From contig CBDFLG010000001.1 of assembly GCA_965249065.1 (NCBI GenBank), forward strand, positions 1,094,646 to 1,158,645: a stretch of 64,000 nucleotides of DNA. The letters run 5' to 3'. This stretch comes from Dehalococcoidia bacterium (lineage in GTDB: Bacteria; Chloroflexota; Dehalococcoidia; Lucifugimonadales; UBA3495). Positions 8,754-17,585 of the stretch are shown here, piece by piece; within the stretch, counting starts at the first letter, position 1, and each line of letters opens with the position of its first letter. The notes beneath the pieces were generated by a model that saw only the letters and a program-made list of their open reading frames with translations, did no database searches and was not told where the DNA came from. Position numbers and translations under genes: made by a program.

Positions 8754-8781
8754 GGGCGGGTCTAATACCCGCCCTTTTTCT
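8754..8781. terminator. bidirectional rho-independent terminator
   Basis: GGGCGGG-tctaata-CCCGCCC followed by TTTTTCTT, preceded by AAA on the other side. It lies between convergent genes ending at 8713 (+) and 8816 (-). Confidence 0.8.
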
Positions 8782-8815
8782 TCTACGAGCGATCGCGTAT
8801 CTGAATTGTGGAAGG

Positions 8816-9586
8816 CTAGTTCTTGACGTACTGGTCGAACCAGCCCAAGGTGCGAGCCAGCGCGTCGTTGGCGGCGTCCTCGCGGTAGCTGTCGCGCTCG
8901 TTGCAGTTGAAGCCGTGGCCGGCGTTGGGGTACATCTTGAAATCGTAGGTAACGCCGGCGGCCGTCAGGGCTTCTTCGATGGTTGTCACGTCGGCCGGGG
9001 TGGGGTTGGCGTCTTCCTCACCGAAGTTACCCATCACCGGGATGCTGATTTTGCCGGTGAGGTCAACCGGGGCAGGGCCGTCGCCGAACGGAGCCAGGAT
9101 GCGCCCGCCGTAGTAGACCGAGGCGGCGCTGAGGCCCGGGCAACTGGTGGCTGCCAGGTAGGTGATGCGCCCGCCGACGCAGTAGCCGACGATGCCAATC
9201 TTGTTGCCGCGGGTGCGCTGATAGCGGTTCTGCAAGTAATCGATGGTAACGTTAATGTCATCAACGAGTTCGCTGTCTTGCAACGCGCCCATGTACTGCT
9301 GTACCTGAGGCATCTGGTCGTAGCCCAACTTGGGGTTGGGATGCTGGCGGTGGTAAAGGGCCGGGGCGACGGCAACATACCCGTGGCGGGCATATTCGTC
9401 GCAAACCTGCTCGATGTGCCGGGTAACGCCAAACGCTTCCATAATGACGATAACTGCGGGGAAGCTGTTTCCTTCCGACGGTGCCGGATGGCTGACGTAG
9501 GTGACCATATCCTGGCCTTGGGCTCCGTGCAGGTCGTCCATCTCCCGTTCGCCGGGGAATCTGATGTTCTCCCAGAATGATGGCAT
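8816..9586 (-). CDS. dienelactone hydrolase-family protein
   Basis: Start set at the ATG (MPSFWEN) preceded by AGGAGG. FPAVIVIMEAFG...ARHGYVAVAPALY...IGIVGYCVGGR...NAGHGF. Confidence 0.8.
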   Translation of the reverse strand: MPSFWENIRFPGEREMDDLHGAQGQDMVTYVSHPAPSEGNSFPAVIVIMEAFGVTRHIEQVCDEYARHGYVAVAPALYHRQHPNPKLGYDQMPQVQQYMGALQDSELVDDINVTIDYLQNRYQRTRGNKIGIVGYCVGGRITYLAATSCPGLSAASVYYGGRILAPFGDGPAPVDLTGKISIPVMGNFGEEDANPTPADVTTIEEALTAAGVTYDFKMYPNAGHGFNCNERDSYREDAANDALARTLGWFDQYVKN

Positions 9587-9779
9587 GGAACTCCTCCTTT
9601 CCATTGTCCCTAGTTCAGAGCCGACGGATTCAGTTGCCGCCTATCACCGGGGCCGACGTCCGCATTGGCGGGGACCTACGGAGCGCATAGGGTTGGCGTC
9701 GCTGATTCCTCGACTGAATGCGAAAGGATTTTAGCAGATTCGCAACGGCGGGAATAGCGGATGCAGAATGTGAGCAGGG

Positions 9780-9971
9780 TTAGGGCCGCGTGACCGGTTC
9801 AAGCCCGACAATTATAGCGATTTCCGGCGGAATCTGTACGCCGCTCTTCTCCAACGCCGCCAGCTCCCGCTCTATGCGCTTACGCTCCGCTTGCTCACCC
9901 TCCTGGATGCCCACCTTCCGGCCCTTTTCAATGGCCCTTCTTTCGACCGCTTCTTTGGCTGTGAATATCAC
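9780..9971 (-). CDS. small charged hypothetical protein
   Basis: 63-aa ORF with a GTG start and GGAG ~9 nt upstream. Lys/Glu/Arg-rich helical sequence, no family recognised. Confidence 0.3.
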   Translation of the reverse strand: MIFTAKEAVERRAIEKGRKVGIQEGEQAERKRIERELAALEKSGVQIPPEIAIIVGLEPVTRP

Positions 9972-10057
9972 TTGAGACGCTCCGTAAACAACGCCTGAGG
10001 TTATTGTTATGCCTGCCAGCAGTCAACCGGCGAATGTCAGTAAAATGATGCCTGCTT

Positions 10058-11179
10058 TTACCCCGTCGCTTCCAACAGCCTGCGCTTCATGTCCTCCGGG
10101 ACGGATTGGAGGCGGCTGCGGAAGGCGGTGTTGGCGCGGTCGGACACCCGGCGAGCGGCTTCTTCCATCAGGGCCACGCCGCCGAGGTAGTCGTTGACGT
10201 GGATGTATTCAGCTTCGATGCCACCGCCAGGGGCGCCGTTGTGGTAGTTGCCCAAAGGGAAAGCGATGCCGGTGGCGCGGTAGCCGTAGGCGGCGAAGGC
10301 GCTTGCCTCGCAGACGCCGCCGCTCATCAACTGCCGCTGCGCCGGGAATCCGCCTTCCTGTTGGTTAAGCGCTTCCCGCGCCCGCGTCAGCACCGATTCG
10401 GCGTCGGCGTCGAAGGTTGAGCCGGCGTCGCCCACACGAATCACCGGCCCCTTGCCTTGTTCGGCCCCCGGCAGGGTGCGGCTGGACTCGGCGGAGACTA
10501 TCAGCGTGCCAGGCGGCAGCAGGCCAGCATCGGCGGCCAGCCGGGCCCCGATTAGCCCGACTTCCTCGGCGCGAGTGAACAGAGCGTAAACGTCGCCTTC
10601 GGGAGTTTGCCCGCTGCGCTTCAGGCGTGCCAGGGCGGCCAGCGCGGCGGCGCAACCGGCCAGATCGTCCACCGCTCTCATACGGATGTATTCGCCGTCC
10701 AGCTCGAAGTCCGGCAGGTCGAATACTGCAGCAGCCGGCAGGGGCAGTTCCGCCGCCAGGGCGGCATCGGTCACGCGAACCAATGCCCGGCGTTCCGATT
10801 CCTCTCCGTAAGGTCCGGCGGTCACTGCCGCAACCCGCCGCCCGCCGGGCAGCAGCGCCTGAAGCGGCACTCCGGCGGCGAAACTGGACGCCGGTATGCC
10901 CCCCAGCGCATCGGCCACGAACTCGCCGCTGTCGCCGCTTCGTCCGGTCAGCTCGAAACCCGGATGGTCCATGTGGGCCACGATAGCCAGAGGCGCAACG
11001 TCCGGGTTGCTGCCCGGCAGCCGGGCCAGGATGTTGCCAGAGGCGTCTACGCTGTACTCCACGCCCGTCTCACCGAGTATCGCGCGCACCACCGACGCCA
11101 CGCCCGCCTCGTGGAAGGCCACCGCTGGCTGCGACCCCAACCGGGCCAGAAAGTCCAATGCTTCTTCTCTATCGTTCAT
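10058..11179 (-). CDS. M42-family (glutamyl aminopeptidase/FrvX-like) metallopeptidase
   Basis: Start at MNDREEAL after GGAGGAG. AIVAHMDHPGFEL, RAVDDLAGCAA and FTRAEEVGLIGA motifs. Confidence 0.7.
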   Translation of the reverse strand: MNDREEALDFLARLGSQPAVAFHEAGVASVVRAILGETGVEYSVDASGNILARLPGSNPDVAPLAIVAHMDHPGFELTGRSGDSGEFVADALGGIPASSFAAGVPLQALLPGGRRVAAVTAGPYGEESERRALVRVTDAALAAELPLPAAAVFDLPDFELDGEYIRMRAVDDLAGCAAALAALARLKRSGQTPEGDVYALFTRAEEVGLIGARLAADAGLLPPGTLIVSAESSRTLPGAEQGKGPVIRVGDAGSTFDADAESVLTRAREALNQQEGGFPAQRQLMSGGVCEASAFAAYGYRATGIAFPLGNYHNGAPGGGIEAEYIHVNDYLGGVALMEEAARRVSDRANTAFRSRLQSVPEDMKRRLLEATG

Positions 11180-11345
11180 TATGATTCTCCTCCACACCGG
11201 AAACTTATCACATTCAAGGACGTTAAACGCCGCTGGTTTGGGGAAATTCGAGTGCCCCCGAAAATCTCGCCGGGCTTTATGCTCCTGGCGTTTAATCCAT
11301 TACCCGTAATGCTATACTGCCAGACAGAACACAGGAACGGGGGGA

Positions 11346-12428
11346 ATGGCCGTGCTGGAGCAATTCAAGGTAGACCATGACGAAGCGGAATTTGTACAGG
11401 GTGAGGCTCTGAAGTCAACCGTAGCCACGATATTCCAGCGGATGGGCGTACCGGAAGACGACGCTGTCTTGGGGGCTGACGTGCTGGTGCTGGCCGACCT
11501 GCGGGGTGTCGACTCCCATGGCGTGTCCAATATGCTGCGCAGCTACGTGTCCGGTTACCAGGACGGCACCATCAATCCGCGTCCTGGCTGGCGCGTCATC
11601 CGCGAGACTCCCTCCACCGCCACGGTGGACTCCGACCGTGGTCTGGGAACAATCATCACACCCAAGGCCATGGGCCTAGCCATCGAAAAGGCGCGCAACG
11701 TGGGTGTTGGCATGGTCGCCATCGGCAACGCGCGGCACTTGGGCATGGCGTCGTACCACTCGATGCTGGCCCTGCCCCACGACATGATTGGCGTGTGCAT
11801 GACCAGTTGCCCGCCGTCGGTGCTGCCCACCTTCGGGGCCGAGCCGCGTTTGGGCACCAATCCCATCGCGGTGGCCGTGCCTGCCGGTGAGGAAGCGCCC
11901 TTCGTCTTCGACGCCGCTACCAGTTCGGTAGCGGTCAACAAGATACGCATCGCCCAGCGTCTCGGCGCCGACATACCGTCGGGCTGGCTGGCCGAGCAAG
12001 ATGGCACGCCCATAATGGAGGACCGTCCGGCCCCGGACAACTACTGGCTTTTGCCCGTGGGCGGCAGCCGCGAGGGCGGCTCCCACAAGGGCTACGGGCT
12101 GTCCTGCGTGGTGGACATCCTGGCCGGAGTGCTGACCGGATTCGGCTATGGCGCGGTGCCGGGGCGCCCCAACTTCGGGCATTACGTGGCCGCCTACAGC
12201 GTGGATGCCTTCACCGACGTAGCCCAGTTCAAGCAGGAAATGGACGAGTGGATCCGCATGATGAACGCCACCCGCCCCGCTCCCGGCCACGACCGTGTGC
12301 TGGTAGCCGGCCAACCCGAGGCCGAGATGGAAGCCGTCCGCCGCGCCGAGGGCATCCCCCTGCACCCAGAGGTAGCCCAGTCGATCCGGGACATTTGCGG
12401 CGAGCTGGGCGTGGCGTGCTCGTTTTAG
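11346..12428 (+). CDS. Ldh_2-family (malate/L-lactate/sulfolactate) dehydrogenase
   Basis: LADLRGVDSHGVSNMLRSYV...GTNPIAVAVPAG...GGSHKGYGLS, the type-2 malate/lactate dehydrogenase family that includes ComC. Confidence 0.8.
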   Translation: MAVLEQFKVDHDEAEFVQGEALKSTVATIFQRMGVPEDDAVLGADVLVLADLRGVDSHGVSNMLRSYVSGYQDGTINPRPGWRVIRETPSTATVDSDRGLGTIITPKAMGLAIEKARNVGVGMVAIGNARHLGMASYHSMLALPHDMIGVCMTSCPPSVLPTFGAEPRLGTNPIAVAVPAGEEAPFVFDAATSSVAVNKIRIAQRLGADIPSGWLAEQDGTPIMEDRPAPDNYWLLPVGGSREGGSHKGYGLSCVVDILAGVLTGFGYGAVPGRPNFGHYVAAYSVDAFTDVAQFKQEMDEWIRMMNATRPAPGHDRVLVAGQPEAEMEAVRRAEGIPLHPEVAQSIRDICGELGVACSF

Positions 12429-12455
12429 CCTTGTTTTAGCAAGGAGGTTGATGGA

Positions 12456-14006
12456 GTGTTAGATCAGCGCTTTCGAAATCTCTGGGAGCAATTGCAGGGC
12501 AAAAAGCCCCACCTGTCTCATTTCTTGACTGGGGTTTACCTATCAGGGATACGTGGCATTAACAACCTGCGGGTCGGATTCGACTATCCGGTCAGTGTGA
12601 TAGCAGGAGGCAATGCCAGCGGAAAATCGACGGTACTATTTGCTGCTGCCTGCGCGTACAAAGTTCCGGGCGCAGGCGTCAAGGATTATGTGCCATCAAC
12701 ATTATTTCCATATTACTGGCCTCGAGTCGGAAAACGTGAAGACGACCGTCGCGAAATCGTGATCGAATTTGATTACTTGACCCCACAGGGGACGATCTCT
12801 ATGCGGTGGCGCCGCGGCACGGGCTGGAATCGCAGCTTTCTGGGCCGCAAGGGAGCAAGTCAACCGGAACGGCCCTTATACCTCAGAACTTTGAGCAACC
12901 TCAGTAACCCCTCCGAGGTCCGGGGGGTTCTCAATATGTCGCACTCGAGATCCGCCCCGGATGAGACTCGGCTAACCGCATCGCAGATCGAATTTGCTCA
13001 TCAGATGCTCCCGTTCCGATATTCAGAGGTAGTCGATTTGTCCAGCGGAAGGAAGAATCTGCTGTTCGCGGGTCAGGAAAGTGGTGTTGCCTATTCAGAA
13101 TTTCACATGGCAGCCGGCGAACGAGCGATACTGCGACTATCGCGAGAGATCGCCCAGCTTAAAGGCGCGCTAGTCCTGATCGACGAAGTGGAAGCAGGGC
13201 TGCACCCCTGGGTACAACAACTGCTGATGCTTCAATTACAACAGCTTGCGCTGCGCAACGACTTACAGATTATCGTTACATCTCATAGCCCGGTTGTGCT
13301 CGACTCGGTACCACCCAATGGGCGCATATTCCTGGACCGGGACGGCGGCGGCAAAGTCACGGTTCGGCCAGCCTATCGCGACTTGGTGCAAGACGCCCTG
13401 TATGGCAGATCAGGCGATGCGCTGAACATTCTTTGCGAGGACGATGCAGCCGAGGGGATTCTCTACGGTGTCTTCGATGTTCTATACCCGCGGCTTGGCG
13501 TTAGAACCGACTCGGTCCGTATTGGGCGCGACACCGGCGCAAGCGAATTTCCGACTCACGCTGCGGCATTCAGAAAATTTGGCCAGATACAGAATTTTGT
13601 CTTTGTGCTCGATGGCGACCAGCGAGATTCCGGCATTTCCGATCGGATTCGATCAGGAGCCCAAATAGATGTGCCTATCCTGTTCGTGCCGGGCCGCAGC
13701 ATCCCGGAGGTTTGGGTATGGAAGGCGTTAATCCGTAACGAAGCGGATGCCGCAGAAGGCTTGGGGATCGATAAAGATGAACTCTCGGCCAGGATGATAA
13801 GGGCAAATGCCGTGTTCGATTCCGCTTCCGACCCGGACACCGAAATTGCGAAGACAAAACTCCGCAGCCTGGCAGACGAACTGCACAGGGAGCCTTCCGA
13901 CATCTGCCGGATTATCGCCCGTCTGGAGGCCACCCGGGACGACAGCGAAATCCAGCCCTTAGTTGAAGGGCTGGAAAGCACTCTACTGGATTGGCGTGGG
14001 AGATAA
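12456..14006 (+). CDS. ABC-type ATPase fused to Toprim/DUF4435-like domain (OLD-family / fused PARIS-like nuclease candidate)
   Basis: GTG start 9 nt after AAGGAGG. Walker A GGNASGKST (res 51-59), signature-like MAAGERA (218-224), Walker B LVLIDEVEAGLHP (239-251), TSHSP (275-279). C-terminal ILCEDDAAEG (325-334) and FVLDGDQRD (383-391) match the Toprim acidic pattern. Lower GC than the flanks. Confidence 0.7.
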   Translation: MLDQRFRNLWEQLQGKKPHLSHFLTGVYLSGIRGINNLRVGFDYPVSVIAGGNASGKSTVLFAAACAYKVPGAGVKDYVPSTLFPYYWPRVGKREDDRREIVIEFDYLTPQGTISMRWRRGTGWNRSFLGRKGASQPERPLYLRTLSNLSNPSEVRGVLNMSHSRSAPDETRLTASQIEFAHQMLPFRYSEVVDLSSGRKNLLFAGQESGVAYSEFHMAAGERAILRLSREIAQLKGALVLIDEVEAGLHPWVQQLLMLQLQQLALRNDLQIIVTSHSPVVLDSVPPNGRIFLDRDGGGKVTVRPAYRDLVQDALYGRSGDALNILCEDDAAEGILYGVFDVLYPRLGVRTDSVRIGRDTGASEFPTHAAAFRKFGQIQNFVFVLDGDQRDSGISDRIRSGAQIDVPILFVPGRSIPEVWVWKALIRNEADAAEGLGIDKDELSARMIRANAVFDSASDPDTEIAKTKLRSLADELHREPSDICRIIARLEATRDDSEIQPLVEGLESTLLDWRGR

Positions 14007-14028
14007 CGATCTGCCCGCACCTTCGTCT

Positions 14029-15432
14029 TCACGCATTGGGCGGGCGCATGGTGTGCCAGGGGGTGTGCTGTTCGTAGGCGTAGGCCACTTTCAGCACCGT
14101 TGACTCGTCGAAGGGTCGTCCTCCGATTTGCAGGCCGATGGGCAGCCCCTCGGAGTTGAAGCCGCAGTTGATGGAAATTGCGGGCGCTCCCGCCAGATTG
14201 AAGGGCCGGGTCATCACCGGGGGCTGGTTGCGGGCCATTTCCTTGGACGTTATGACCGGGTCAGCTCCCACGATAGGGGCGCAACTCTTGGATGTGGGCA
14301 GCATCAGCACGTCGTAGTCGGACAGCGCTCCCAGAACCTCGCGACGAGTCAGCTCTCGAAGTTTCTGCACCTTGTGGTATGCCTGGGCCGGCATGATGCT
14401 GCCCATGAGCAGCCCGACCTGGTTGGAGTGGCCGAATTCGTGGAGCCGCTCGCGTATCCAGTCACGATAGGTAAATGAAGCCTCAGTGTTAATCAGGGCC
14501 GCGGCCAAGGTGCCTCCGTGCACGGTGAGAGGCAGCGAGACGTCCTCCACCGTTGCTCCCAGTTCCTCCAGCACCGCTCCGGCGGCGACTATGCCGTCGC
14601 GAACTTCGGGGTCAACGATGTCGCTGTCGATCAGTTCCCGGATCGCCCCGACTCGCAGGCCGGACAGCCCGCCGCCCAAGGCGTCGCGATAGTCCGGGAC
14701 CGGCGCGTCCCAGGTGTATGGGTCTTTGGGGTCGCGTCCGGCGATGGCCCCCAGAGTAATAGCGGCGTCCTCCACGGTCCGGGAGATGGGACCGACCTGG
14801 TCCATTGACCACGAGCCGGCGGCCACCCCGTAGCGGCTGACTCGTCCCCAACTGGGCCGCAGGCCGACGATGCCGCACCAAGCCGCCGGACGCCGAATCG
14901 AGCCGCCGGTATCCTCGCCCAGCGATGTGGCGCACAGGAAGGCGGCAGTGGCCGACCCGGAACCGCCGCTGGAGCCGCCGGTGAAACGGTCGAGGTCCCA
15001 CGGGTTGCGGTTGTAGCCGTAGCGCTGGGACGCGCCCAGGGCGAACTCGGTCAGATTGGTCTTGCCCAGCAGGATGGCTCCGGCTTTCTTTAGGTTCGCC
15101 ACCGCCGTGGCGTCTTCATCGGGAAAGAAGTCGGCCATGAGCCGGGAGCCGACCGTGGTCCTGATTCCCTGGGTCCAGATTTGGTCTTTGACCGCCACAG
15201 GGATTCCGTGCATCGGGCCGAGGTACTCTCCCCTGGCTATGGCACGTTCAGCCTCTTCGGCGGCGGTCATGGCCTCGTTGCGGCAAACTGTCAGGTACGA
15301 ATTGAACTTGAAGTTCAGGCTGTCGATACGGTCGAGATAGGCGTAGGTTGCCTCGACCGGCGACACTTCCCGCCTTCGGATGAATTCGGACAACTCCGCC
15401 GTGGTCAGGAAAGGAATATCCTGCTTGTCCAT
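14029..15432 (-). CDS. amidase (amidase-signature family, GatA-like)
   Basis: GGSSGGSGSA signature and KDQIWTQGIRTTVGS. 467 aa. Confidence 0.85.
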   Translation of the reverse strand: MDKQDIPFLTTAELSEFIRRREVSPVEATYAYLDRIDSLNFKFNSYLTVCRNEAMTAAEEAERAIARGEYLGPMHGIPVAVKDQIWTQGIRTTVGSRLMADFFPDEDATAVANLKKAGAILLGKTNLTEFALGASQRYGYNRNPWDLDRFTGGSSGGSGSATAAFLCATSLGEDTGGSIRRPAAWCGIVGLRPSWGRVSRYGVAAGSWSMDQVGPISRTVEDAAITLGAIAGRDPKDPYTWDAPVPDYRDALGGGLSGLRVGAIRELIDSDIVDPEVRDGIVAAGAVLEELGATVEDVSLPLTVHGGTLAAALINTEASFTYRDWIRERLHEFGHSNQVGLLMGSIMPAQAYHKVQKLRELTRREVLGALSDYDVLMLPTSKSCAPIVGADPVITSKEMARNQPPVMTRPFNLAGAPAISINCGFNSEGLPIGLQIGGRPFDESTVLKVAYAYEQHTPWHTMRPPNA

Positions 15433-15482
15433 CAGCCGCTCCTCTGGCTAACCTTCGCCTTGCCGTAGTGCTGGAAAGAGTT

Positions 15483-16610
15483 CTAATCCTTCAGCGCCGG
15501 GATCACTTCCTTGCCGAAGAGTTCCAAGGAGCGCATGGTGTCCTTGTGGGACAGCGGTCCGCCTTGAGCCTCCAGTAGCAGCGAGCCGATGCCAAGCTCC
15601 TCCTTGATGTAGCGCAGCTTCTTGATGACCGTGTCGGGACTGCCCACCACCAAGTGGTACTCGTCCTGCAGCTCCTCGTAGGAAAGTTCGTTGAGCGGCT
15701 TGGGGCGGCGCAGCACGTTGGCGGCGGCGCCGGCGGCGGAGAAGTATCCGGGGGGCGACCAGTATTCCCGCGGGCCCTTCAGCGGGTGGCCCATGCGCCA
15801 CAAGAACGCTTTGCCTGACTCCTGCGCCTTCTCGTCGGTGTCGTTGACGTGGGCGCAGATCATGAAAGCGAATTTCTCGGGGCCGGGATCCCAGCCATCC
15901 TCGTTGGCGAACTTGCGATAGTTGCCGAACAGGTTGCGGGCCACGTCCATCTTGGTGAGGAAGGCGGCGTAGGTGTAGCGGTTCGCGGCGGCCCAACGGA
16001 CGGTCTCAGGGCTGCCGGTGCCGGGCACCCACACCGGCGGGTGAGGCTGCTGGATGGGTAGCATCCATGGGTTGACGGCGCGGTAGTGGTAGTGCTTGCC
16101 CTCCCAGCGGAACGGCCCCGGCGTGGTCCAGGTCTTCATGATCAGGTCGTGGCATTCCTCGAACCGCTCCCGGTTGTAGACCGGGTTGGTGTTGTTGGCC
16201 CAGCTTTCGATGCCGATGCCGCGCACGAAGCCGGAGATGATGCGCCCGCCGGATATGACGTCCAGCATGGCGATTTCCTCGGCCAGCCGCACCGGGTTGT
16301 CGGAGGTAGGCAGCATATTGCCCAGCATCAGGATCTTGGCGCGATTGGTGACGCGGGCCAGGATGCCGCCGGTGATGTTCACCTCCACGTCCATGCACGA
16401 CGGCGTGTTGTGGTGCTCGTTAATCATCAGGCCGTCAAAGCCCACTTCCTCGGCGTACTGGTACTCGTCCAGATACCGCTTGAACAGGTCATGGGCCGTA
16501 CCGGGGTCGAAGTAGGTGTTGGGAAACGTGAGGCGCATGGAGGGATACTTGTCGGCCTCCGATTCGGGGAAAGCGGTGTAGGGAAACTCGGTGAAATAAA
16601 AAACGTCCAT
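15483..16610 (-). CDS. LLM-class flavin-dependent monooxygenase
   Basis: FDGLMINEHHNTPSCM...TWTTPGPFRWEGKHY...QQPHPPVWVPG. Close paralog of 19717-20934. Confidence 0.85.
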   Translation of the reverse strand: MDVFYFTEFPYTAFPESEADKYPSMRLTFPNTYFDPGTAHDLFKRYLDEYQYAEEVGFDGLMINEHHNTPSCMDVEVNITGGILARVTNRAKILMLGNMLPTSDNPVRLAEEIAMLDVISGGRIISGFVRGIGIESWANNTNPVYNRERFEECHDLIMKTWTTPGPFRWEGKHYHYRAVNPWMLPIQQPHPPVWVPGTGSPETVRWAAANRYTYAAFLTKMDVARNLFGNYRKFANEDGWDPGPEKFAFMICAHVNDTDEKAQESGKAFLWRMGHPLKGPREYWSPPGYFSAAGAAANVLRRPKPLNELSYEELQDEYHLVVGSPDTVIKKLRYIKEELGIGSLLLEAQGGPLSHKDTMRSLELFGKEVIPALKD

Positions 16611-16641
16611 AGGACTCCAAACTCCTAGTCAGGTTTGATTG

Positions 16642-17127
16642 CTAACCGTTTCTGAGATTCAGCAGAACGTAGACCGCGAAGGCGCGCCGGTCTCGCTCCA
16701 AGGTATTCTCAAAGCGGACGATGCACTGTTCCGCGTTTTCGATGTCAAGGATGACGTCGGATTGCTCCAGAACAACTGCCGGGTCATAGTCTGCGTGTTC
16801 CCGTTTTGATTGCAGGTATATGAACTGGTCGGCAAACTCCTGGATTTCGAATGCAAATCGACGAATCATTCCTTGGTTGTCGCAACGCGCTCTGACAGTT
16901 CCATGTTGCAATGCTCGATATGCCTGCTGCCAAGCCGGCCCGCTACGGCCAGATCCCGGACCTCCGACCAGCATATCGGCGCAACAATTTGCCAAGCAAT
17001 GGAACAGTGCGTAGTAGGTGGTGCTGACTGCCCGGCGAAGGCTGGTTTGGCTTGGTGAATGCCCGTCGACATCTCCGGCCAGCTGCCTGGCCGTGTCGAT
17101 CAGACCGATGCGACTTACCACTCCCAT
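16642..17127 (-). CDS. HEPN-like all-alpha protein (tentative toxin)
   Basis: SLRRAVSTTYYALFHCLANCCAD...YLQSKREHADYD resembles HEPN helix-1 and the R..H..Y region. Overlaps its upstream partner by 13 nt. AT-richer islet. Confidence 0.5.
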   Translation of the reverse strand: MGVVSRIGLIDTARQLAGDVDGHSPSQTSLRRAVSTTYYALFHCLANCCADMLVGGPGSGRSGPAWQQAYRALQHGTVRARCDNQGMIRRFAFEIQEFADQFIYLQSKREHADYDPAVVLEQSDVILDIENAEQCIVRFENTLERDRRAFAVYVLLNLRNG

Positions 17128-17504
17128 CCTCTAGGTTCATGCCACTCACCGCTCTGCCACCTGGACTTCGTGACATAATCGATAAAGGGGTAGGCCTCTA
17201 TGCCCTCTTCGCTCATTTTGTCCCAGACGCGGCGAAACACCTTGTTTTTCCACATCAAGGGCGCCTTTTTCAGGTTGCCCTCGTAAACCACGGATACGGC
17301 GATATACTTCGGCTCGTTTGGCTCTACTTCCCGGAACGGTTGATAGTCAGTCTTCACCAGTATCGGGCCAATACTGAATTCATCGCCGCAATACTCGCTG
17401 AAATCTTTGCTGACTTCTTCAAGGATGATTTTTTCGACTTTGCGGACAAATTTCCTCGGCTTCATTTCACAACATCCGCTATTACTGATTCCATTATAAG
17501 CCAC
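17115..17504 (-). CDS. small protein of unknown family, translationally coupled to the HEPN-like gene
   Basis: 129-aa ORF (GTG at 17504; alternative ATG at 17465 giving MKPRKFVRK...). No GSx..DxD nucleotidyltransferase motif. Trp-rich C-terminus (SRWQSGEWHEPRGWEW). Confidence 0.45.
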   Translation of the reverse strand: MAYNGISNSGCCEMKPRKFVRKVEKIILEEVSKDFSEYCGDEFSIGPILVKTDYQPFREVEPNEPKYIAVSVVYEGNLKKAPLMWKNKVFRRVWDKMSEEGIEAYPFIDYVTKSRWQSGEWHEPRGWEW

Positions 17505-17585
17505 TTTTCTCAGGGAACCCGGTTCGCGTTCCCCTGCGCCTTCTCCGTAGGGGCAGTGTCCAGGAGCTTGGCTATGGCTCCCCTC

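Noticed and set aside
17115-17504. Considered calling the partner of the HEPN-like gene an MNT (minimal nucleotidyltransferase) antitoxin.
   Set aside because: There is no GSx(9-13)Dx(D/E) nucleotidyltransferase motif in this protein or in the 37178/37522 paralogs.
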